Position numbers and translations under genes: made by a program. Of a stretch of 64,000 nt of DNA, positions 47,413 to 55,116 are shown in pieces (the first letter of the stretch is position 1; each line of letters starts with the position of its first letter). The notes below the pieces were generated by a model. That model was not told where the DNA came from. It saw only the letters and a list, made by a program, of their open reading frames with translations, and made no database searches. The DNA is from Nitrosopumilus sp. GTDB lineage: Archaea > Thermoproteota > Nitrososphaeria > Nitrososphaerales > Nitrosopumilaceae. Where the stretch lies: NCBI GenBank assembly GCA_965205215.1, contig OZ242041.1, forward strand, positions 288,001 to 352,000, written 5' to 3'.

Positions 47413-47434
47413 TCATCATCATCATCATCATCAT
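47411..47434. repeat. (CAT)8 microsatellite immediately 3' of tRNA-Gln
   Basis: Read directly from the sequence. Confidence 0.9.
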
Positions 47435-47451
47435 CGCCACCACCATTACAG

Positions 47452-48219
47452 TCACACGTTGAGCCTCGTAAGCAGCCTGGATGCCACTGCAAACAGCGCG
47501 CACGCAAGGACCGCCAGAACCGCCACCTCCACCGCGACAAACGCGTCGACGCTGCCGAATATGCCCGCCCTTATCACGTCCACCAGATATGTCAGCGGGT
47601 TGAGGTAGAACGCTGTCCTCAGCGGCTCCTGGACGCCCTCGGCCGGATAAAAGGCCGTGCTCACGAACGCAAAGAAGAGAAAGACCGTATTGATGATAAC
47701 GTTGAACCCCTCGCTTGAGCGCAGCCTGGTCGATATTATCGACGCGAGCGACCCGAACAGCACGGACCCCGCAACCGCGCCAAACACGATGATCGGTATG
47801 GTAACAAGCGAGATCTCTGCATCCTCAAAGAAGACCGGATAGCCGACTGCCATGATGAACGCGGCGCTGACCAGGCCGACTATGGCAATCGTGCATATGT
47901 TGCTGATGATATAGTGCCCCCTGGTGAACGGCCCCGACATTATCTGCTCAAACATGCCGTGCCGCCTGTCGTTCCAGATTATTATCCCGGAGACCAAGGT
48001 GCTGTTCATTATGTTGAACCCTATCATGCCGGACGCGAGGAACGCGGGATAGTCAAGATCCTTGGCCGCACCAAACTGTATGCCCTGGACGAGTGGCGCG
48101 TATGCAAACCCCGCGACAAAGATGTAGACCAGCGGGAAGATTACCTGCCATATGAGGAACCCCGGGTTCAGCGAGATGGTAATGTTGCGGTTTACCAGCC
48201 GGATTATAGGATGCGTCAT
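47452..48219 (-). CDS. ABC-2 type exporter permease
   Basis: Six TM segments, DRRHG.FE and NPLTYLVD..R motifs. Confidence 0.92.
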   Translation of the reverse strand: MTHPIIRLVNRNITISLNPGFLIWQVIFPLVYIFVAGFAYAPLVQGIQFGAAKDLDYPAFLASGMIGFNIMNSTLVSGIIIWNDRRHGMFEQIMSGPFTRGHYIISNICTIAIVGLVSAAFIMAVGYPVFFEDAEISLVTIPIIVFGAVAGSVLFGSLASIISTRLRSSEGFNVIINTVFLFFAFVSTAFYPAEGVQEPLRTAFYLNPLTYLVDVIRAGIFGSVDAFVAVEVAVLAVLACALFAVASRLLTRLNV

Positions 48220-49349
48220 GCCCGCCTGCCCCCGCGCCGGTTGTTCCGATGGCCGTCTTCGTCGTCCCCCGCGCCCGCATCCGGCCCGCCCTGTTGCCCC
48301 CTCAGCTCTTCTGTCATGTTCAGGAATATCTCCTCCAAGCTGGTGGGAACGGCCGACAGGTCCTCTATCTCGATGTGGTTCTCGCGCAGTATCCCCAGTA
48401 CCCTGAGCAGTACCAGCTCCGATTCGGAGGAGCGGATTGTAATTGTGGTGTGGCTGCCGGTGTGGCTGCCGTCACCGCCGCCGCCGCCGCCAAAGCGGTG
48501 ATCTCCGCCAAACTCGATGCGGCACCCGTCCATGCCGGAGAGCAGGTCGCGTATGTTGGGGGGCCTGTACGGCAGGTGTATCTTTATGGTCTTCTCGTCC
48601 CCCAGCTTCGCCTTGAGGGCGTCAGGCGTGTCCACCTCAAGCAGCCTGCCGCGGTTCATTATCGCGATCTCGTCGCACAGGTACTCGGCCTCCGTCAGTA
48701 TGTGCGTCGTATAGAAGATGCTCAGCCCCGTCGCCCTTACACGGTTCTGCAGATAGTCAAGTAGGTCGCGGCGCGCATTGGGATCAAGGCCGACCGTCGG
48801 CTCGTCCAGAAACAGCAGGTCCATGTCGTGCATGAACTCGCGGGCCACCTGCACGCGCCTGCGCTGCCCTATCGAGAGATCCTCGTTGCGCCTGCTCCGC
48901 ACCCCCACCAGGTCGAACTCCTCCAGGAGTGACTCGGTCCTGTCGCGGCGCGTGCCCCGGGGCACGCCCCACATCATCCCGTACTTGTCGAGCGCCTTTT
49001 CCACCGACAGCGTGGGCTCGTAGCTCGGCTGCTGCAGCACCACTCCTATCCTCTGGCGCACCTGCAGGGGGCGCTTCATGGCGTCGATGCCCAGTATCGA
49101 TATGTCGCCGGAGGTGGGCCTGACCAGCGTGGTCAGCATCTTGATGGTGGTGGACTTGCCCGCCCCGTTGGGCCCCAGGAACCCAAAGACGCGGCCCCGC
49201 TGCACCCGGAACGTGACGTCGTCTACTGCGCTGGTTTGGCCGTACATCTTTGAGATGTGCCTGGCATCGATGCACGTGTCGGCGGTATCGTCGGGCGGCA
49301 TTTTCTCCAACCTTCCTCCTGCCGACCCCACTAATAATATCCACCACAC
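48216..49349 (-). CDS. ABC exporter ATP-binding subunit (DrrA-like)
   Basis: GPNGAGKS, LSIGQ, LDEPTVGLD and TTH. The start is probably ATG at 49301. Confidence 0.93.
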   Translation of the reverse strand: MWWILLVGSAGGRLEKMPPDDTADTCIDARHISKMYGQTSAVDDVTFRVQRGRVFGFLGPNGAGKSTTIKMLTTLVRPTSGDISILGIDAMKRPLQVRQRIGVVLQQPSYEPTLSVEKALDKYGMMWGVPRGTRRDRTESLLEEFDLVGVRSRRNEDLSIGQRRRVQVAREFMHDMDLLFLDEPTVGLDPNARRDLLDYLQNRVRATGLSIFYTTHILTEAEYLCDEIAIMNRGRLLEVDTPDALKAKLGDEKTIKIHLPYRPPNIRDLLSGMDGCRIEFGGDHRFGGGGGGDGSHTGSHTTITIRSSESELVLLRVLGILRENHIEIEDLSAVPTSLEEIFLNMTEELRGQQGGPDAGAGDDEDGHRNNRRGGRRA

Positions 49350-49512
49350 GCGCAGGCGGCCCGCGAATGGACGGCGGGGCTGCCCGCGCGCACCGGGCGC
49401 ATACAGGAGGTGAGAGAAACGCGATGCAGAGGCCGCCGAATAAATAAGATCATAAAATATTGTGGTTTGGAACTTTTATTATACAGCATTCCCCCACAAA
49501 AGCGACGAGACG

Positions 49513-51063
49513 ATGCAGAATATCGACGAGCTGATAGACGAGATCATCAGGCAGAGCCCCGGCGCAAGCAGGGAGGAGATAAAGAGCCGCATAGCGGCCA
49601 AGATAGAGGCAGTCGGCCCCGGGTACCTGACTGAGAGGGGCGCGGCATTTCTGGTGGCCGGAGAGTACGGCGCCACCATAGCAAAGCCGATCAAGTCGGA
49701 CGTCAGCATAAAGGACCTGTACGCCGGGGCAAACGAGGTGACCCTGGAGGTCAGACTGCTAAGCGTGTCGTCAGTCAGGAAGTTCACCCAGAAGGACGGC
49801 GGGCAGGGGGCCCTGAGGACGATGTCGGTGTACGACAGCCCGGACCATACGGCAAGCGTAAAGCTGTGGGGCGACAAGGCAACCCTGCCGGGCATCAGCG
49901 AGCTGAATCCGGGCGACTATATCAGGATATCAAAGGCATACATCAAGGAGGACAGGGACGGCTCGCTGGCAATCCACGTCGGATCTGGCACCGACATAGA
50001 GCCGGTCGCGGAGCCGCGGCGGGAGATACCGCCCATCGAGTCCATAACGATGGACGTGAGCAAACTGTCAGAGATGCAGGGCGACGGCGAAGGACAGACG
50101 GCGGGAATGGGAGCCTCGAATCTCGCCGTATCGGGCAAGCTGGAGGGCGACATCACGCTCATGGAGTACACCAGGCAGCAGACCGGCGAGCGCGCCACGG
50201 CGCTAAAGATGAGGATCAGCGGCGATGACGGGGTGGCCAGGCGCGTGGTGCTGTGGGGCAAGGACATGTCATCGGTTCCAAAAAAGATAGTGTCCGTGTC
50301 GCCAAAGGTCGTACTGCTCGGCGTCTCGGCGAGGACGACGGATCAGCAGCAACAGCAGCAGTCCATGGAGATACACGGGAACGACTCGACGCGCATAATC
50401 ATACAGGACGAGGGCGGCGCGGACGGCAGCTCCATGGAGCCGATTACGATACGCATACTGGCAAAGCCCCCTCCGTCCCAAACGGGCAGGCAGGCGATCC
50501 TGGGCATAGACGCAATGGGAACGCTGTACTCTGTCATCGACACGGACCAGATATCGGCCGCATACAACGAGGGCGAGATTGTAGAGTGCATGCCGGCCCA
50601 GCTGCACGGTGCCAACGTTGTCATAGACTCCAGTTCGTTTATCAGGAACGCGGAGGGCGACGTGGCCGCATCAATTCCGACGCTACGCGAGGCCACGACC
50701 TCAATTACAGAGGCGAGGCCGGACGCCGGCCCCTCGCTTTACTGCATCAACTGCATAGTGATAAACGCGCCGGACACGAGGGAGATACAGACCAAGAGCG
50801 GCGAGACGATACCGCTTGCCGAGATGGTCGTAGCAGACGGCTCAGGCGAGGCCGTACTAAAGGCGTGGAGAAACCACGCAAGGACGCTTGAGCGGTGCGA
50901 GATGGGGGGCAAATACGTCATAACGGGCGTCAGGGCGCAGCGCGGCATGGGCGAGGAGACGGACCTTACACTGACCGAGTACTCCGTGGTCAGGAACGTC
51001 GAGGACAAGGGCGGGGCGGGTAGTGACGGCAATGCCCAACCCCAGTCAGACAGCCAATACTGA
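49513..51063 (+). CDS. Replication protein A / multi-OB-fold ssDNA-binding protein
   Basis: N-terminal GYLTERGAAFLVA region and repeated OB folds (VKLWG, VVLWG, ADGSGEAVLKAW). TATA-like TTTTATTATA upstream. Confidence 0.85.
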   Translation: MQNIDELIDEIIRQSPGASREEIKSRIAAKIEAVGPGYLTERGAAFLVAGEYGATIAKPIKSDVSIKDLYAGANEVTLEVRLLSVSSVRKFTQKDGGQGALRTMSVYDSPDHTASVKLWGDKATLPGISELNPGDYIRISKAYIKEDRDGSLAIHVGSGTDIEPVAEPRREIPPIESITMDVSKLSEMQGDGEGQTAGMGASNLAVSGKLEGDITLMEYTRQQTGERATALKMRISGDDGVARRVVLWGKDMSSVPKKIVSVSPKVVLLGVSARTTDQQQQQQSMEIHGNDSTRIIIQDEGGADGSSMEPITIRILAKPPPSQTGRQAILGIDAMGTLYSVIDTDQISAAYNEGEIVECMPAQLHGANVVIDSSSFIRNAEGDVAASIPTLREATTSITEARPDAGPSLYCINCIVINAPDTREIQTKSGETIPLAEMVVADGSGEAVLKAWRNHARTLERCEMGGKYVITGVRAQRGMGEETDLTLTEYSVVRNVEDKGGAGSDGNAQPQSDSQY

Positions 51064-51139
51064 CAACCGTCAGTATCAACGCACCGGCGCCAGCACGTAC
51101 ACGGATGCCGCACGCCATGCTCGTGCGCCAGTGCCTGTC

Positions 51140-51652
51140 CTATGCTGGCGCCAAGCCAAACTTTCTCTTCAGACTGGCGCGCCGGAAGTTGGGCCTCTGC
51201 GACTCGTAGATCTGGGAGATGATGTCATAGCAGTGGAGCCTGAGCCGCAGGTGGTTCACGTTGTCAAGACCGCGGGCATGCCTCGCGTCGTTTCGAACGG
51301 ATCTGATTACCTCCATCTTGTACGAGAAAACGTCCCTGCGCCTAAAAACCGGCTCAAAGTGGTTCCGCCAGTTGTCCCTCCGGGTTATTATCCTCTCATA
51401 CGCGTCAAAGTTGACATAGTCAAACATCGAACGGTCTGGCTTGTTCAACACGTCGCTCATCTTTTTTTCTTGGTGGTGCCTCTGCTCCGCGTCCTTTCTG
51501 ATGTCGCCGGGCAGGCAGGCTTTCTCCCAGTCCTCAACAGAGGAGAGGCGCTCCACGATGAAATTCCTCAGCAGGGGCTCGAACGCGTCAAGCACCTCCG
51601 AGCTGCTGGGGCCCGTTGAAGACTTGCCCGACGCTCCAGACGGCGCGGCCAT
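51140..51652 (-). CDS. Standalone Swt1-like HEPN domain protein
   Basis: FEPLLRNFI...W...DYVNF...II....NW..HF..VF and the R-x4-H motif RNDARH. Confidence 0.78.
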   Translation of the reverse strand: MAAPSGASGKSSTGPSSSEVLDAFEPLLRNFIVERLSSVEDWEKACLPGDIRKDAEQRHHQEKKMSDVLNKPDRSMFDYVNFDAYERIITRRDNWRNHFEPVFRRRDVFSYKMEVIRSVRNDARHARGLDNVNHLRLRLHCYDIISQIYESQRPNFRRASLKRKFGLAPA

Positions 51653-51730
51653 GTCGTGGATGCTCTAGAGCCTTTAAAAAAATTCCGGCCAGATTCTGCC
51701 GAGGGGGAGGGCGGCCCCACCTCACGCGTA

Positions 51731-54700
51731 TCAGTCCCAGAACCCGCGCGTCACAACATACTGCCTCTCGGCCTCGTAGATCTGCTTTATGAGGTTGTCC
51801 TCGTCGTCGCCTATCATGTTGCGCAGTATGCGCGCGGCCGTGTCGGCGCCCACCCCGTACCCGGACATCACCACGACGGCGGTGGGTCCAAACGACTCTA
51901 TCAGTGACGCGACCTTCCATGCGCGCTCAAACTTTCGCTTCTCCTCGGCCGTAACCCTCTGGCCTGCGGCCCTCTTGCGCACTATGCCGGGCAGGTCCGT
52001 ATCCGAATGGAACGTCACCGCTATCTGCCTGCCCCTGCAGTGCGGGCACGCAAGCGGCCCCACCACGTCGCGCGTCTCGACCAGCCGCTCCCACCTGCCG
52101 CAGCGGACGCATACTATGCGGTGCTTTGTCTTTGCCAGCCTGGCCTTTACCAGCTCGATTATGCCGCGGTCGAGCGCGGCGGGAGACGAGTAGTACCTGG
52201 CAGTGTGGTCCAGGATGGGCGCCGCCAGCCCCGAGAACCCGTCCACCTCGGTCCACGACACCCGTATGCGGCCGCTGCGCACGCCCTCTAGGACGGCCCT
52301 GCACCCGTCCAGGTCGTACTTGTCATGGAACAGCTCCCTGAGCGCCTCCCTTACGACGGGCGTGCCGGCATGGCGCTCGTACAGAAAGCGGGCCGACCTT
52401 GACTCGTAGACGGCGTCGCGGCCCAGCACGCCGAACCTCTTTGCCACGCACCAGACGCGCCAGTTGACGTTGTGCGTGCCCGCAAGCGAGGAGCCGACCA
52501 TTCCGGCCAGATCGTCGTACTCGTCGCGGAGAACCCGCAGGAGCATCGGCTCGTATATGCGGGCCGACGAGGACGACAGGACTATCCGGTACCCATCGGA
52601 GCGCGAGTCTATTCTGGAACCCGTAAGGCCGGAGAGCATGGAGGAGAGCAGTGTGGAGAGCGTCGCGTTTATCCTGCTGCCAAAGCACCCGTGCAGCACT
52701 ATTACTCCGCGCGAGCGCTGCGACTCGACCGGTATGATGTCCAAGGTGGTGGTTTTGCTGTTTTTGCTTCCGTTTTTACCGCCATCATTGTTACCGCCGC
52801 GATCATCGTCACCGTCCCCTGACGCGGCCACCTCGAAGGTCAGCCCCCCCATCACCTTGTTCTGGACCTCCATCCTGCCGCTCCTTATCATGCCGCGGAG
52901 CAGGCCGACCCTGCGGGCCGTCTCATAGTCCACAGGAATGCTCTCGCCCTCCCAGTACGGGACGGTCCTCGTGGCGGGGTCGCCACCGCCGCCGCCTGAC
53001 CGCAGGGGCTCCACGTTCACCGCAAACGACTTTTCATCCACGTTGAGGATGCGCCACTGCGAGCCCCTGAGCACGAAGATGTTGCCCTGTTCGCCGTGAT
53101 CCCCCACGAACCTCTGGTCGAGCGTCCCTATTATGCGGCGGTTCGTGCTGTCAAACACCTTGAACCTCAGCATGTCCGGGATGGTCGACAGGTTCTCGTA
53201 GTGGTAGCGCATGTACCGGCCCGACTTTTCAAACGTCATGCCGTCCCGGTCATATGTGATCAGACGGCTCGCGTCCAGCTGCTCGAGGACCTGCGAGAAT
53301 TCCTCAATCGTAATGTCGCGGTACGGATAGGCCCGCCTTACCACGTCGAGCGCGGCGTCCACCCTGATGCTGTGGGGGCCCGCCTGCATGGAGAGCCCCA
53401 CCATGTGGTGGGCCAGGACGTCGAGCGGTGCCACGTGTATCCGCTGCTGCTCTATCGACCCCGCGCCGACGCGCTCCATTATGGCGCGCGCCTCCAGCTC
53501 GTCGTCCGCGCTGTTCGTGATTATCAGGCCCCGCGCCGACGCGTCGCGCACGTGCCTGCTGCGGCCTATCCGCTGGACGAACTTTGAGACCTGCCGGGGT
53601 GAGCCGTAGTGCACCACCAGCTCGACTGAGCCGATGTCGATTCCCAGTTCAAGCGACGACGTGCACGCTATGATGCGGAGGCCGCTCCCCTCGCGGAGCA
53701 GCTGCTCGGTCTCCTCCCTGACCGACTTGGAGAGGGAGCCGTGGTGCAGTTCGACGGGCGTCTTGCCGATCTCCTTTAGTATGGACGCCAGAAACTCCGC
53801 CTCGCCGCGCGTGTTTGCAAACAGCAGGACGGGCGAGTCCAGCCCGGACTGCGCAATCCTCGCGTGTATGGCGCGGGCCGCGTCCGATATGGTGCCCTCC
53901 ACGTACTCGATGTCAACGTCGTACTTTCTCAGTGACCTGTCTTGGACGATGCGGCAGTGTCGCCGCGTGCCGGAGACGAACTTTGCCGCGTCCGACACGT
54001 TTCCTACCGTGGCGGAGAGCCCGATGCGGGTAAGGGGCCTCTTGGAGTTGAGCTCGAGCCTCTCCAGGCTAAGCGAGAGCTGCGAGCCCCGCTCGCTTGC
54101 AAGCAGCTCGTGCACCTCGTCTATCACGACCCACTCCAGGCTGGCAAGGGCGGCGAGCATCTTCTCCTGGCTCAGCAGCACGACCAGCGTCTCGGGCGTG
54201 GTGATCATGACGTCCGGGGGGTTCTCGGCCATCTTTCTCCGGCGGCTCTGCGGGGTGTCCCCGTGCCTGACGCCGAGCTCAAGCCCGCAGAGCTCCGCGT
54301 ATTTCGAGATGCGCCGGAACACGTCGCGGTTGAGCGCCCGCAGCGGGGTTATGTACAGGGCGCGGATGCCCCCGCGGCCGCCATTGCCGGAATCCCCGGA
54401 TCTGAGGATGGAGAATATTGGTATTATCGAGCACTCCGTCTTGCCGGAGCCGGTGGGCGCTACTGCCAAGCAGTCGCGCTTTTGCAGTATGACGGGCGAG
54501 GCCTTTGACTGGATCTCAGTCAGGCTCTCGAACCCGAACTCTGCAAACGTCTTTTCAAGAATGGCGGCGCGATCTTCTTCTTGCCCTGGACGCCCTTGGT
54601 GCTTTTTGCTTGCTGGTGGTGGTGGCTGTCGTGGTGGGTGTGGTGGTGACGCTGTCGGCGGTTTCTGCCGTGTCTCCGGCGTCCGCTGTCTTCTCTGCCC

Positions 54701-54811
54701 CGGTCTCCGCGGGGGGCGCGGCGGTGGTGTCGGCTGCTGTTGCTGCCGGTGCTGCTTTTCTGCCCCTCCTTCCTGCCGAACCATCAATGGGACTGGAGCG
54801 CGCCCGCTCAT
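51731..54811 (-). CDS. lhr: Lhr-family SF2 helicase
   Basis: APTGSGKT, PLRALNRD, DEVHEL, LSAT, SSLELGIDIG and QRIGRS motifs, plus C-terminal CxxC...CxxC. The start is uncertain because the N-terminus is low complexity and overlaps the upstream ORF. Confidence 0.93.
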   Translation of the reverse strand: MSGRAPVPLMVRQEGGAEKQHRQQQQPTPPPRPPRRPGQRRQRTPETRQKPPTASPPHPPRQPPPPASKKHQGRPGQEEDRAAILEKTFAEFGFESLTEIQSKASPVILQKRDCLAVAPTGSGKTECSIIPIFSILRSGDSGNGGRGGIRALYITPLRALNRDVFRRISKYAELCGLELGVRHGDTPQSRRRKMAENPPDVMITTPETLVVLLSQEKMLAALASLEWVVIDEVHELLASERGSQLSLSLERLELNSKRPLTRIGLSATVGNVSDAAKFVSGTRRHCRIVQDRSLRKYDVDIEYVEGTISDAARAIHARIAQSGLDSPVLLFANTRGEAEFLASILKEIGKTPVELHHGSLSKSVREETEQLLREGSGLRIIACTSSLELGIDIGSVELVVHYGSPRQVSKFVQRIGRSRHVRDASARGLIITNSADDELEARAIMERVGAGSIEQQRIHVAPLDVLAHHMVGLSMQAGPHSIRVDAALDVVRRAYPYRDITIEEFSQVLEQLDASRLITYDRDGMTFEKSGRYMRYHYENLSTIPDMLRFKVFDSTNRRIIGTLDQRFVGDHGEQGNIFVLRGSQWRILNVDEKSFAVNVEPLRSGGGGGDPATRTVPYWEGESIPVDYETARRVGLLRGMIRSGRMEVQNKVMGGLTFEVAASGDGDDDRGGNNDGGKNGSKNSKTTTLDIIPVESQRSRGVIVLHGCFGSRINATLSTLLSSMLSGLTGSRIDSRSDGYRIVLSSSSARIYEPMLLRVLRDEYDDLAGMVGSSLAGTHNVNWRVWCVAKRFGVLGRDAVYESRSARFLYERHAGTPVVREALRELFHDKYDLDGCRAVLEGVRSGRIRVSWTEVDGFSGLAAPILDHTARYYSSPAALDRGIIELVKARLAKTKHRIVCVRCGRWERLVETRDVVGPLACPHCRGRQIAVTFHSDTDLPGIVRKRAAGQRVTAEEKRKFERAWKVASLIESFGPTAVVVMSGYGVGADTAARILRNMIGDDEDNLIKQIYEAERQYVVTRGFWD

Positions 54812-54887
54812 ATAGGATTGCCCCCACTATCCCGGCGGCAAACAGTATGGTGCAGATAATCGGGATGTAATCAAATATGTCCGTCAT
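54555..54887 (-). CDS. Small single-TM protein
   Basis: MTDIFDYIPIICTILFAAGIVGAILYER TM helix. AT-rich promoter-like sequence about 25 nt upstream. The tail overlaps lhr in another frame. Confidence 0.6.
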   Translation of the reverse strand: MTDIFDYIPIICTILFAAGIVGAILYERARSSPIDGSAGRRGRKAAPAATAADTTAAPPAETGAEKTADAGDTAETADSVTTTPTTTATTTSKQKAPRASRARRRSRRHS

Positions 54888-55116
54888 GCCGTGCAGGCCA
54901 TGCCTACCGTTAAAAATCTTAAGCTTGACAACGGGGTACGCGACGGGTAGCACTGGCCTCGCCTGCTACACGGCCCATCGCACACGCGTTGCGCAGCGCA
55001 GGCAAAAAAACGTTAAAAATCGAGGACGGAACAGGGGCCAAACATAATGGGAGAGTACAAGTCCTGATGGCTACGGCTATGGTGACGATGACGACTGCTG
55101 AAAGGAGCCTCCCATA

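Noticed and set aside
47335-47452. tRNA-Gln as an integration site for a mobile element
   Set aside because: No integrase and no duplicated tRNA 3' end seen in the window; the flanking genes look like core genes.
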